A stretch of 64,000 nucleotides of DNA from Spizellomyces punctatus DAOM BR117 (GCA_000182565.2 KQ257458.1), one strand, 5' to 3'; counted from the stretch's first letter, positions 12,997 to 26,831 are shown. The notes: generated by a model not told the origin, from the letters alone. Translations and numbers: made by a program.

Positions 12997-15900
12997 TCAT
13001 ACCCCCATCTCTATCACATCCCCCTCTCTTGGCTCCCGCTTAACACTCTTATACACCTCGCCAGCAAGTACAAAAAATAGTACACTTGCCCACACAAGTC
13101 CCCATTCCCACGATATGGGTGCCATGCCCATAACACGGGCAATCGACTCGACCATCGTAACAACAACAAGAGTCGTCACAACCACAACAAAACTCGACAT
13201 CCAAACTCTATCATCCCAAGTAGCTTTTAATCCACGTTTATTCATCCATTGCAATCCTTTCGATCGGACATGAATGGCTTGAACCATCAACACCAATGAA
13301 AAAACACATAAAAGTGTTGCGCGAGCTCGATACAATCCACGACACCCTTCGTCAAAGTTCTCATCACATTTCACACTCTGTACACCCCCCTCGACAAACA
13401 ATGCAGTATAAAAGGATCCCAAGAGCAGGCATGTCATGACAAAAGTGTAAAACCCGAAATCCATGACAATGTCCTTATTGAAAAGAGATTCCGTTGCGGG
13501 GCGTGGTGGTTCAGACATGAGTGTTCTTGCGGCGGGTTGAGTCGATAGGGACGCAGCAGGGGGTGACATGATGATATACAAATATACCATTTCAAGTGTC
13601 GAAATGGGTGATACTGGACTCCCCTGGGGATCCTTTATCCATAGATTCCCCATGACAACAAGCGCACACGCACCAAGTCCAATCCAGTAATAAAGCAAGA
13701 ACCGTTGAATGTTGCGATAAATTCTTCGTCCCTCCGCAATAGCTTTTATAATCGTGTCAAAATTGTCGTCGGTGAGAATCATGTCTGAGGATTGTTTGGC
13801 AACATCGGAGCCACTTTGACCCATTGCGATGCCTACGTGGGCGATTTGGAGGGACGGAGAGTCGTTGATTCCGTCACCCGTCATGGCGGAGATGTAGCCC
13901 CGACGTTTAGACGCACGAATCATGCGGACTTTAGTTTCGGGTGTGCAGCGTGCGACAATGAGGGGGAGAGAAGGAAGAGCGTCGATCTCTTCGTCAGTGA
14001 GGGCGTCAAAGAGTGGGCCGGTGGTCGTCATGTGTGTTGTATTAGAGTTGCCTGCGGTCGGATTGTAGGACGGCGGGAGGAGCGCGATTTCCTTGGCAAT
14101 AGTGATGGCTGTGCTGAGGTGGTCCCCTGTTAGCATATGCACTGAGATCCCAGCTTGGTGCGCTTGTTGGATTGCGTATTTCGTTTCTGGACGGGGACTA
14201 TAACGAAATTGTCAAGAAACCACCCGATGAACAACAACAAGCAAATAAAGCAAAAAAAACTCACGGATCATAAATCCCACAGCATCCCACCACTTGCAAC
14301 CCACTCTCTACCTCTTCTCTGACCTCCTCATCATTTCCTTTCCATACCTTCCAGCCCATGACCATCACCCTCAAGCCCCGCGCAGCACACCCCTCCACCT
14401 CATCCAAAACACGATTTTCATCCATACGCCCGTCTCCTGTACAAAGCGGCAAGACGCTCTCAGCAGCCCCTTTGGTAAAGACATGCAAACACCCCGCCGG
14501 ATCTCTCACTAATACCGACATCCTCTTTAGGGTGGAATCAAAATGGTGTTCGTGTACGATTGTCCAGCCCATGGATTCCAGTGTTGGTTTGGAAGAGTTA
14601 AACGTGCTTGCAAGGCTTGCAAGCGCGGTTTCGGTGGGTGAGCCTGTAGGCAGCGGTTTCAATATCGTTGGGTCAGCCAAGGCCTTCTTGTCGGGTATGG
14701 TGTTCTTGTCCGATGGAGAAAGCATCTCGGTCACATTAGTCGTATTGCATAGTGCGCAACACTGGATAAAGCGTTCCAAACTTGGCTCCAGCGGCATATG
14801 AGGATTCACCTCCTCCTCTTCCGTCCCTCCATTTTTGATGACTCCAATGCGCCCGGATGATATGGTATACACTCCTATCTCTGGTACCCATACCCTAACC
14901 ACCGTCATACGAGCCTGCGTCAATGTCCCCGTCTTGTCCGAAAAGATAATATTGACTGCCCCCAAAGTTTCCAAACACTTTAACCTCCTCACGACTGCGC
15001 GCTGTCGAGTCATTTCTTTGCCACCCAGGACCAACGTCACAGTCAAGACTGTTGTTAATCCAGCGGGGAGAACAGACAAGGCGGCCGTGAGAGCATATAG
15101 ACCCACATCATACGGAACGCGAAACTTGTTGACGGCCAGAACCGTCAGTCCAAACACGATAGAAGTCGCAAGGAGACCCAAATACATTTTCCATAACGAT
15201 TTCTGAATCTGTGTGGACTCTTCTTGTTTGGTTGATTCGTTGAGAGTTTTGGCAATCTTTCCTACCTCTGTCTTCATTCCCGTCGCCACCACCACCCCCT
15301 TCCCACGACCCTTGACCACCGTCGTCGAAGCATACGCCATATTCACTCGATCTCCCAACGCCTCGTCCTCTTTCACCATTCCAACCTTTTTCTTGACTGA
15401 AACTGCCTCACCCGTCAATAACGCTTCATCCACAAGCAACCCACTCACTTCCATCAACCTTACATCCGCCGCAACTTTATCACCTGCCTTCAACACCAAA
15501 ACATCCCCTGGGACCACTTCCTCGGTGCCCACCACGACAGGTATCATCCCATCTCGAAGTACCGTACAAGTGGGAGACGATAAAGCCTTGAGAGCCGCCA
15601 AAGTCCGCTCCGCAGCAGCCTCCTGCGAAAACGACAAATAAACATTCAAAACAGATAATCCACATAAAAGTCCACCCGTGACGGGATCTCCCAAGGCAAA
15701 CCCCGCAGCACCCAACCCAAAAAAAATCCAATTCATGGTATCCCGGAGTTGACGGAGGAGGATGTGATACCATCTTATAGGGGGTGTAGGTGTCAGGGTA
15801 TTTGGGCCGTACTCGGCGAGTCGGGCGGGTAGATCATGATTGGAGAGGCCCGTAGGAGATGTAGACAAGTGAGTATAGACGGCGTCGAGGGGAAGGGTAT

Positions 15901-16015
15901 GCCAACTCTGTAGATCGCTTGTGGGTCGTTCGTCTTCTAAAACCAATCCATCTGACGCTTCTTTTGACGTAATGTCACTAGAGTGTGACATTTCTTCCGA
16001 CATGTGCCTACCCAT
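12997..16015 (-). CDS. P-type ATPase, type IID (ENA-like Na+/K+ efflux pump), divergent; 2 exons
   Basis: DKTGTLT phosphorylation site, KGA, IYDP|PR across intron 14198-14264, MLTGD, TGDGINDSPSL (the NDSPSL form typical of ENA), LLTGEA actuator loop. Confidence 0.85.
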
Positions 16016-16782
16016 CTACGAGATGCCGCTTAAGCCGAGTAACAAATCGACCTCCCACTCCCTTTTAAATACTGACTTGCAAACGCCGTGTCTCTCCCCA
16101 ACAAAAAAAACATCCCCAATAAAACGCTCGAAAAAAACTAGAACACCTTTAAGCGGAACTTGAACACTCTCATTTGCCCCAATATAGTATTATTTCCACC
16201 ACGTGGTATAAGGTTACATGACTGTGCCGATGACGTGGAAACGGGGAAGATGGCTTGTGACTGTGCCGTCATGACTAACTCAATTATTGTGACTGTGCCG
16301 CACAAGCGGGGAAGGAAGTGGGATTGTCCGCGGGCGCCGGGCGGGTTTTACTACGGCGGGGAAATGCGAGCGACGGGAAGTTGACGGGAGATTGACGGCG
16401 GGACGACGGGCGGATGACAAACTGTCCGGTTTGGAGAAAAACGGACTGATGAGAAACGTACGTTGGGACATGCTTTGAGCTGGTTACTCGTACGATCTTT
16501 TAGAGCACTCTGTTTGCCAAGGTCTACTCAACTCAACATGAAAAATCACACACTTAAAAAAAAAAATCTCTGGTTTTTTGTCTATTTACCGTTTTGGGAT
16601 CATCCAAAAAGGTAACTCTTTGTTCGGCGTAGACTTGCCTCCGCAACGAGAGGGGGACCCGAACTTGAACGCACATGCCAAAAAAACATTGTGAAGTCGC
16701 TTATTTGACAGCCAAACGCATATCTCCCGTCCCCATTCATCTTATCCTCATCACCTTTATTCCCAACAAACACAACCCAAAA

Positions 16783-17424
16783 ATGCCTCTTACACACCCC
16801 ACCACACTCGAAACCATGGCCCAAGCAATAGACCAAGAAATGGACCAAGAAATAGACCAAGAAGACCAACCCCCCTCCTACGACTCCCTCGACCCCTCCC
16901 CCCTCCTCGACACCCTAATGGCCCAAGCCCGATCCCAAACCCCTCCAAAAAAACCCCCACACAAAGACGACGAGGATGTCCTAGATAGACTATGTGAGCG
17001 CCTCGTCGGGCTTGTCAAGGAAGCTACGGAAGCTGTTGAGGATGGGGAGGTGGTCATTTATGATAGTGATGAGTTTGAAGAGGATGAGGGTTGGAATATG
17101 GAGAGACGACAATTTGTACGAAGTGTTGAGTATCCGAAAGTGGGTCCGAAATTGGATTCGCAATATGACATGCATACGGTGCCCCATGTGGATTTGGGTC
17201 TACATTGCCATCACACCCATATCCCACCGATAACGCCACCAACACTCTATACATCCCTAACAACGTATTTAACTACCCGGATCCCAATGTTGAAACCAGC
17301 TGTGGAAGCCTTTCATCGGCACGTCTATGCAGCATACACTGGAGCAATAGGCTACGTCCTACCCAAACCCTATTGCAACTGTCATCAAACGACAAAAGCC
17401 AAGACGAGACGAGTCACGTTTTAA
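16783..17424 (+). CDS. Hypothetical protein (acidic/Pro-rich)
   Basis: Long ORF with ATGs at 16675/16783/16816, short DQE(M/I) repeats, AT-rich 3' UTR; no recognised family. Confidence 0.5.
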   Translation: MPLTHPTTLETMAQAIDQEMDQEIDQEDQPPSYDSLDPSPLLDTLMAQARSQTPPKKPPHKDDEDVLDRLCERLVGLVKEATEAVEDGEVVIYDSDEFEEDEGWNMERRQFVRSVEYPKVGPKLDSQYDMHTVPHVDLGLHCHHTHIPPITPPTLYTSLTTYLTTRIPMLKPAVEAFHRHVYAAYTGAIGYVLPKPYCNCHQTTKAKTRRVTF

Positions 17425-17847
17425 TTGGATATCTATGCCTGGGTGGGTATACATGAATATATGTTTTTATAAAAAGAAAACCAAGTGTTGGTTTGCATTG
17501 TAGAATAGTTTTGTTTTTTTAGATAATGTGTAATATAGAGTATATTAGGAAACTATGTTATGTAACTGTATGATATAGTGGTATAATACAAGAATTCAAC
17601 ACGGCATCGGCACGTCTATGCAGCATACACTGGAGCAATAGGCTACGTCCTTCCCAAACCCTATTGCAACTGTCATCAAACGGCAAAAGCCAAGACAAGA
17701 CGAGTCACGTTTTAATAGATATCTATGCATTGGGGGGAATGAAATATTTGCATTGTAGAATAGTTTTTTATTTTGGATAATGTGTAATATAGAGAGTATT
17801 AGAAAGTATGTTTTATAACTGTATGATATAATATGAAATACAAGGAT
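17314..17847 (+). repeat. Tandem duplication (offset 291 bp) of the 3' end and 3' UTR of the hypothetical gene
   Basis: 17314 and 17605 both begin catcggcacgtctatgcagcatacactggagcaataggctacgtcct and stay similar through the stop codon and UTR, with indels. Confidence 0.9.
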
Positions 17848-18098
17848 TGAGAAATGTTGCATTTGTTCAAAAGTCTAATGGGAAGGGTATACATCACACA
17901 CACATGTCACATCATAAAAAACAAAAACATACACAAAAAAAGCGCTCACTTATTGCATACTCTCAATATTACCCTTTACCAAAAGTAAATATATATATAA
18001 AAAAAAATACATTAAAAAAAAGCGACGAAAAAATCTGTACAATAAACAAAAAGCCCCAACAAAAATCCCCACTATTACCAATTCAAAAACAACACAAT

Positions 18099-21000
18099 CT
18101 ACACATTCCCTTGCCCCTTTTGATCATCATCATCATCATCATCAGCAACCCGTCGTAACTCCTCCGCAAAATCCCTCCAATCCAAAACACCTTCCAACCC
18201 CATTCTAAAAATCTGGAACCGGAATAGGTATTCATCGAGTGATCCAACCGGTTGAGTATCCTCGATTTTTCCTTGTTCTTTTTGATCTTTTTGATGGTCG
18301 GGTGGATGGGGTAATAACTCTGATTTGGATGATTCCTGTTCACCAAATTCCGCAACATTGCGTTCAAGTTCAACAGCCGCTTTCCGAGCCGCAACAACAT
18401 CCGTTTCATCTTCAGCTTGCATCATAGCCGATTCCCAATTTTGTTGTGAAGAATCAGAATCTAACCAGTCCCGCCAATTACTTGTTGATTGGGATTTATT
18501 GATCCACTCTGTGGTGAAATCACCATCTTGGATAACAATTTGGTCAAGCCGGCGTTTTTGGTTGGCTTTTCGGAGCATGTTTTCTTCAATCGTGTGTTCG
18601 CTTACGAAACGGTAAATGTGGACTTCGCGGGTTTGGCCGATACGGTGGGCTCGATCTTGGGCTTGAGCTTTTTCACATACAAAAAACACAATAAAAAAGA
18701 CTTTTTTCGAAATGATTTACAAATAATGAACACGGTACTCACCATCCATGGCAGGATTCCAATCACTATCATAAAAAATAACCGTATCCGCACCCGTTAA
18801 ATTCATACCAAGCCCTCCACTCCTCGTCGAAAGAATAAACACCAAGATACGTTTATCATTATTAAAGCGCTCCATTAAAAGTTGTCGGTGTTCGACTTTG
18901 GTGGTACCGTCAAGACGAAGGTATAAATGTCCATGTAAATTCAAGAATACTTCAAGAATATCCAACATGCGTGTCATTTGGGTGAAGACGAGAGCCCGAT
19001 GTCCACCCGCGATAAGGTCCCGCAATAATCGATCGAGGGTTTGTAATTTTCCGCAATCGAATTGAACGAGGCGTTTATCGGGAAACGACATTTCCAATCG
19101 GGTTTTTGAGTAACTTAGGGGGTCTTGTGTGCATTTTTGGGTTAATTCGTCGGCAAGGTGGGCGAGATCTACTGTTCGAGGGTACATGTATCCAGAGGGG
19201 GGGAGAATAGATCGAAAAGGATGTAAACGTGCACGAGGTGTAGTGCACGCAAACCGGGAAACAAGATCAGACATGGACAGCGACCGTTCAAAAGGGGTTT
19301 GAATCATGGAACGAAGGGTAGAGCTATAATCGCCAAATCGTCTTGGATCTTGACTGGCTTGGACAATATTATCCACGTCTCGGTATCCAAGTTTTCGGCA
19401 TGTCGCACGAAGAAGACGTCCATAGATGGGACCAACCGTTGCGCACCGTAAATGATTGACCCTCTCAACACCCATCCACCAATCCAATTCCTCTTTTGCA
19501 TGTCGCCATCCAAGAACATGTCGCCACTCTTGTAATGTTCGATACTTGTACGAAACCAATGTCCTCGCTTGCACTTGATTCACATCAGCTTGGCGAACAC
19601 GCGCCCGAATAGCATCCAAAGCCTCCAATTCACGTATCCGATCCCCTTCGAACCCAACCCACTCCTCAACACCAAGATCAACAACCCGTAATCCAAAATG
19701 CCCCAAATCAATCGTATCAATTGACAACAACAATTTTTTCCAAATCAAGATTTCCTCTGTTTCCAATAACCGACCAACAATTCCGCCCTCGGGTATCGCA
19801 AATCCAGTCACAACCGGCCGCTCCTCAAATAAATCAGGGTGATTACACACTTTACGTAATTGCATTAAAACGTTCACGATGGAAAGGTAATTCCCAGACG
19901 CTAAATCCTCTTTTGTTTTCGCTCGGGACATAAAGTCATCGTATAGAAATCTTTGGCGTTTACTTAGACGGCATTTTAGGACATGTTCGAATTTTCCGGG
20001 CATTTGTTTCTCAACGTCGGCTTTGAGGCGGCGGAGGATGTAGGGTCGTAGAACGGCATGGAGACGTGAGACGGAGGCACGTGTTTCATTGTCAGCCATG
20101 TCAGAAGACAAGACCAAAGAAGACGATGACGAAGAAGAAAGATGCCCATCACCCACAATCTGAGACACTGAAGTCTCAAACCACTCTTTGAATTCCTGCC
20201 GTCCAGCAAATCCCCCCTCGTCATAATCACCCGGCATCAAAAAGTACAATAAACTCCACAACTCCATTAAATTATTTTGGAGGGGTGTCCCAGTCAAGAG
20301 GAGACGTCGCTCCGTATTGAATCCCAATAAAGTCTGCCATCGCTGACTACGAAAGTTTTTGATATTATGCGCTTCGTCAAGAACAAGATAACACCACCGC
20401 TTCCGTCGAAAAATATGATGATCCCGAAGCACGATTTGGTAACTCGTAATACAGACGTGAAATGCGTTGGGTTTGGACCATCCTACGCGTTTCGCTGCAC
20501 GCTCCGGGATGGATCCATAGTATGTCAAAAGCTTGAACCCGGGTAACCATTTCTTGAATTCGCATTCCCAATTGAGCATAACGGATGTAGGAACAATCAC
20601 CAGATGTTGGCCCCATACGCCTTTTGAACATGCCAAATGAGCAAAGAGGGCAATCGTTTGAATTGTTTTACCCAATCCCATTTCATCGGCTAGGATACCA
20701 TTCAGGCCGCGCTCGTATAACCCTGCAAGCCAATCCAGTCCGACATGCTGATATTCTCGTAGTGAATGTTTTAAAAGAAAGGGGAAGGGGGTGGCTACGT
20801 GTGTGGTTGCCAGCGTTGTGCCCGTTGGTGCGTGCAGGGTATCGGAGGACGATTTAGTGGGGTTTGGAGCAGGTTCTGTTGGCGATGGTTCTTTATCATG
20901 CAGGGTATGACTCGCAGGAGAAGACGCAGGTTCATCAATGTCCATGGACACGGGTCCACCCCCCTCCTCTTTTGATACGTCCTTATCAGACCTATCACGG

Positions 21001-24000
21001 ACGTCTGATCCGTTCTCGTTGGGTTCCTCATCACTTGCAACGTGTCCTTTACTCTCAATTCCCATCTTGGCCTCTAGGTTTCCATCGATACCGTGTACCC
21101 CCTTGGAATACCCCAACGAAAAAGATCCAAACGATAGTCCACTAGAACCTCTTGAAGCACTCGACCCATTTTGTCGCCATCGAGGTTCCCGAACTTGCAC
21201 AATAACGACCTCATCTTCTTCTTCTTCATCTTCCTCATCATCATCATCACCATCTTCTTCGTCATCATTCTTCCAAGCAGGTCTCCACGTCGTGCGATAT
21301 CTAGACGCGCGTGCACCATCCACATTCAAAATTTCACTCTGGACCTCCATTCCTCCACTACGCACATCACCACGGGTATCACCCTCTTTCAAACGCCCCC
21401 TCCACTCCCTCACCGACTGAACATCCCCATCCAAATCCGAACGCAACCCGCAAACTTGACTATCATCCGATTCAAGCTCCCGTTCGACTCGCAAATCGTC
21501 ATGTCCTTTGGTGGGTATATACTCCAAATCATCATTGTGAGGTATTCTCCCGTTGGATGCCACGTATCGGACATCCGTGTCATTCGAATCATCCACTGAA
21601 TCACAAGTTGTATCGGAATCGGGTTCATCCATTTGATAAGCAAAATAATCATTCCCAACCAAGTGTTCAATAGGGACGTCCAAATCATTTACTAATTCCC
21701 TCATCTCGTCATCATCCGATTCGTCATCCACAACCAATTCAACATCCTCATCTTGAGTATCCACCGGTAAAAACTCATCATCATTATCGTGATCAGGAGA
21801 GACCGATACAGTAGGGGACGATACAACAGTATCAGCCCCATCACCATTTTCAAGATGATACGTAAAGTATTCATGGCCAACTAATGTTTCAACAGGGACA
21901 TCCAAATCATTTACTAATTCCCTCATCTCGTCGTCATCCGATTCGTCATCCACATCCAATTCAACGTCGTCATCTTGAGTATCCACCGGTAAAACCTCAT
22001 CATCATTATCGTGATCAGGAGAGACCGATACAGTAGGGGACGATACAACAGTATCAGACCCACCACCGTTTTCAAGTTGATACGTAAAGTACTCTTGGCC
22101 AACCAATCTTTCAACAGGGACGTCCAAATCATTTACTAATTCCCTCATCTCGTCGTCATCCGAATATTCTTCCCCATCCAATTCAACATCCTCATCCTGC
22201 ATATCCACAGGTAAAAACTCGTCATCATTGTCGTCATGAAAAGGTCCCACAGAATCTCCCCGATCATCCCCACTTTTACTTTTCTCAAAATACCCCATCC
22301 CCTCATCATCCAACTCATCCCTCGACAGTCCAACAGAACTATTACTAACAACATCCATATCGTCGTCTTGGGGAATGGACGATTGACGTCGTCGGAGGAA
22401 TTGGGAGGAATGTTCAATCATGCGGGTTAAGTGGCGTTTACCGGCTTCGCGTTGTTCTTCAGCTAAGAGTTTTGAATGTTGGATACGAATAATCTGCACA
22501 AGAAAAAAAAGGAAGGGCGTTTAGCGTAAAAATACCCAAGGTTGTTATGATGGGAGCACAACATACCGCTTCAACCAATTTCCACCGCTTCGTCAACTCA
22601 ACACGAACCTCCTTGAAACACTTTTTCCATTTCCGTTCCTGAGCCATCGCAGTCCGTTCACCAAGGGTATACCGTAACTCCCAATACTTTTGTACAGCCC
22701 GACTGGCAGCCCGCGTGACACGCAGGCGTTCCCGACCAGCATGCATAAACCCCCCACTAACAACTTTCATTTCCTCCAATAAACACGTCCAGTGCGTTTT
22801 GGGTGGCGGGTCCGGTTTTCGTTCCAATTGGGAGATGGTGAGGCCTTTAAGGAGGCCGAGACGTTTGAAGGCGGTGATACGGAGATCAATGGTCGCTTCT
22901 TTTTCGGCCCGGGATTGGAGGTCGGCGGGTGTGAGTTCTTCGTCGTCGATAAGACAAAAGGAGGAGAGGTATTCAGAGAGGTTTGCGAAACGGGCTATAC
23001 CGAGGTTTAGGAGGGTTGAGCGCGGGATGAGGGAGTCGATGGTTGAGGATGTGGATTCGACTAGAGAGGTTAGGGAGGTGCGGTGCCGGTTGGATGCGCC
23101 GCGCGTGCCCATGCGGTCTGTAGACTGCTGGTGATGAGCGGCAGAAGCGAGTTCGCTAGCAACAATGGCACGAATATCGCAATTTTGCAAATACTTTTAA
23201 AAAAAAATATATATATGTATATATAAATGAATCTTTTATGCTCGTCCACCTTGATAAAACCAATTTATAAAACTCACCTTTACAATCTTTTCCCCTTTAT
23301 CCGCCTTGATCCGCCCAGGATCAAACTCCAACAATGGAAAGTTATGTTCAAGATAATAGAGTTCTCGAGCACGGGTATCATACCGATCCAGTACATGGCG
23401 TAATCGGTTTTTTCGTCGTTCCATGGCATGTCGTTTTTGGATTTGGAGGGCCGAGAGGAGGGTTTGGCGTGTTGCGAGGTCTTGATCGGATTCACTTGTT
23501 GGTTCTTTAGGTTTTTTGATTCGTTTTTTTGGAGGCGTTGATTGGGGTTCTTGAAGGGTTCGTCGACGACGACCACGGGGATGGGTATGGGGTGGTTCTT
23601 GTCCAGTTTTCTGTTCAGTTGGAGGTTGTCGTCCAGATGTCATACCTTCCACATTCTTTCCCCGTAGTCGTCGTCCCCTGCCAACCCCATCATGTCCAAT
23701 CTCATCTTGCACCGGCACCTCCTCCTGACTCTGTCTTTGTACTCGTCTTGTACCATTCCCTACTCGCTGCCCACGTCCCCCTCCATTAGCACCACCATTA
23801 GTCCTACTACTACTACTACCATGACTATTCAAACTCCCTCCACTCTCCTCCAACTTTAGTTTCGCAGATAACCGCGTCGACCGCTTCGCACATACAGCCC
23901 CTTCATCAGACGGTTGTCCAGAATTCGGTATTTGCGCAGTCGAGTCTTTTCGAGGTCGTCCTGGGCGTCGTTTGGATGGTAATGGCACGGGGGTCACTGC

Positions 24001-24045
24001 CAATGCAAATGCCGATGCATTGTCGGGTGAATGGGATGGTGACAT
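18099..24045 (-). CDS. SWR1: SWR1 chromatin-remodelling ATPase (H2A.Z exchange); 4 exons
   Basis: AT-hook [11 protein letters not shown]-like region (HW..LLEEM), [36 protein letters not shown], split-ATPase insertion, [38 protein letters not shown]; introns 23194-23277, 22494-22566, 18668-18742. Confidence 0.95.
21630..22240 (-). repeat. In-frame 222-bp (74-aa) acidic tandem repeat, about 2.7 copies, inside SWR1
   Basis: Unit DNDDE(F/V)LPVD.QD.DVEL....[23 protein letters not shown] recurs at 222-nt spacing (for example caccggtaaaa at about 21762 and 21984). Confidence 0.9.
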
Positions 24046-24428
24046 GACCAGAGATATTCATTGGTGCATGATCAAAACAGAAAGGAGGGTGTCGAAAAGA
24101 TTGATATGTTGGCTTGAATGTCACAAAAGTCAAGTCAAACCGTGACCAGAATGTGTGAAAACTGCAAAACGACAAGGCGAACGCTTGTGTGATATCCAAC
24201 ATGCGTGTATCTGTGCGCGGTGTCATGGCAACAGGGATAGTCGCCTCCACGACATTCGCACCATCATACAAAACTGAACATGGTCTATGCAAAGCACACA
24301 CACAAGTCTCACGTTGCATAAAATACCACTTATTGAAACAAACAAACGAGATATACCATATTAAAAAAAAAAAAAAAGAAAAGAGTTCACTTGCTAAAAG
24401 AGCAAACACTTGAATCTACCCAAACCAT

Positions 24429-26831
24429 CTACCAAAATGCGACAACACCACCCACAACAGCACTCACAACAGCCCACAACACCCCCTTGACACCCATCGC
24501 TCCACTGTTGGCATCCTTGCTACCACTGGGTTTGGGCTCGGGGGTAACGGTATCCGCCTCATTCCACGTTGCATCCGCAGCAGCATTCGCAGCTCGCAAA
24601 TTAATGGTCGCGGCTTGAACAACGGGTGCACCGCGGTTGTCCACGGCAAACAACATCCAGTTGCCGGGAGGGGCAATGTTGGCGTTCGCGGGCGTCTTGA
24701 CCAATACCTTGTCTTTACCCCATTTGAGAATCTCGAGCTCTACGAGGCGTTGGTCAATGTTGAGAGTATGCGTGGAGGTGCCGTAGCGGATAAAGTGGAC
24801 CGCGGCGATTTTGGCACCCGCGGGTGTCGTGAGGGGGACCAGGATGGATTGACCGTATCCGGCCTTGGGCACGACAGAGGCAAGGTCGAGGGAGAGACGG
24901 TTCGGGATGGCAAAGTACGGGGGCCTGTAGACTTCGGCGCGCAATTCATAGGGATCGGTGCGGCGTTGGTTTTCGCCCGAATAGTTTTGTTCGTCACTGC
25001 CAGCAAACACGACAGAGCCGTCTGTCCGAAGGACAGAGGTGCCGTGGTAGAGGCGGGGAACAGTGGCTTCGGCGCCAACGACCCAGCGTTTGGGGTTCCC
25101 GACGGGCAGGGTTGGGTCAAAAATGACGGCCTTGTTGGTGGGTTCGCGGGCCATGTAGCCGACACCAGCGTCCCCTCCTTGGTGGCCGATACCCGATCCG
25201 CCAAAGATGCCCACTTTACCATCTGAAAAATCATACCGAGTCAGTTATAAATTTGACATACAAACGAGTCTCAAGTGGATCATACATACCGGCAAGATTG
25301 ATGGCTTGAGGCTGGGACCTTGCTATAGGCATGTCCTCGGGCACCCACGTGGCACCAGTATCCTCGGGGTTCGTGTGGTAACACCTCGCCGTGGCTGCAC
25401 AGTTTGAGCAATTGTCCCACCAGTGACGGGTAAAGTTTGCATTGTCCCATCCATCTGGAGTTGCCGTCCGATTGGTGCCTCCACAGACCCAGACGGTGGC
25501 CTTGTACCCATTCGCCTTTGTGAGCGGGTTCATCCAGTTTGTACCCGCGAACGGGAACGAGCGCGGGTAGACATTGTCTTCGGGGAGGGAAGGGCCAGGG
25601 GTCTCACCACCGTTTGCATAGTTGATGGTGGCGGAGCGGTTACCGGCGAGGGTAAAGACTTGGCCAGACTGGGGAAGAACGTAGGAGATGGGGTACATGT
25701 TGATGGGGAAAGTTTCCGCGAGGACATTAACGTTGACGGGTGCCGTGAGGTTCTTTGGTGTGGGCGCGGGGAAGATTTCGTACGTGGGATTGTTGACCAA
25801 GGGGTCTGTGGGCTTGAAGTACACCTTGTGCCCTCCAAGAATCATGGCACTATATCAAACAAGGAAAGGGATGAGCATGTGGTGTGTGTGAGAGAGGTGA
25901 GCAATTTTTAAAGGAAACGCACCGCTCGTCGGGCAAGGTAATGACGGTAGGGTACCAACGACCGCTATAGTCTCCACCCGTCTTGTTGGCACGCGTGTCG
26001 AGGGGCATCTCGCCAACCTTTGTCAAGACGCCATTGTTGTAGATACGAACATCCCGACGTCCATCACTGGGAGAATATATGTGGTGAGCTAGAGCGAGCT
26101 GCAAGCGAGCGATGCGTAGGCACATCCAACAAGAAAGAAAAAACTCTATCCGGTGATGCGTAGCACACTACCCATGGCAGCAAGAGACTCTAGAAACACA
26201 ATGACATGTGCCTGTTCCCTGGCCATACAGATTTAAGCCCCCACTTTTCTACTCACCTAGTGTAATTCTTTCCCTTGAAAGGCATGTTCCACTTTTGATC
26301 ACCGCCAGCAATCAAAATCGTGCCATCCGCCAACTGGGAAGCACCATTACAAAACGAATAGCCCTGCTGGGTATCGAATGCATAATTCTTCATTTCAAAT
26401 TTGTCATTTGTGATGTCGAATTCGCAAGCGTCTGTAAAGAAATCGCCGAGGTTCTTGTTGGGTTGGTAAATGGGCGAGGATTCGGCCCAGAGTGCTTGAG
26501 CGAGGTCACCGTTCCAAGCGAGGTTGGGGGTTCCGTCCGCGTTGAATCTGCGCCAGTCTGAGGGAATTTCGTGAAAGCGTTCCGAGAGGAGCAGCTTGTC
26601 ATTTGGGAGCAGTGCCATGTGGACTGCCGAGAGAGAGTGAGTACAAGTCCTAAATCCACTAATGCAAGAACAAACACTAGTAAACTCACCAGCAGCAACA
26701 CCCGTGTTTTGAGAAATAACCTGAAAAGCTCCCCCAACTGCAGGATCCACTGCCTGTTGTGCCAATGCCATAGGAGAAAGAGTAGAAAAGGCAGCAACGG
26801 CCGAAGCCATGAGAAACGTCCGACGGGTCAT
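24429..26831 (-). CDS. Secreted, probably GPI-anchored copper radical oxidase (AA5, glyoxal oxidase-like); 5 exons
   Basis: Signal peptide; ligand/cofactor motifs SFCNG, RWYPT, RLYHG, STHT; C-terminal APPG.WMLF Ig-like domain; hydrophobic GPI-type tail; introns 26624-26689, 26067-26256, 25850-25922, 25223-25289. Confidence 0.9.

Noticed and set aside
20938-21673. Plus-strand ORFs with poly-Ser/His/Ile runs
   Set aside because: Antisense to the acidic region of SWR1
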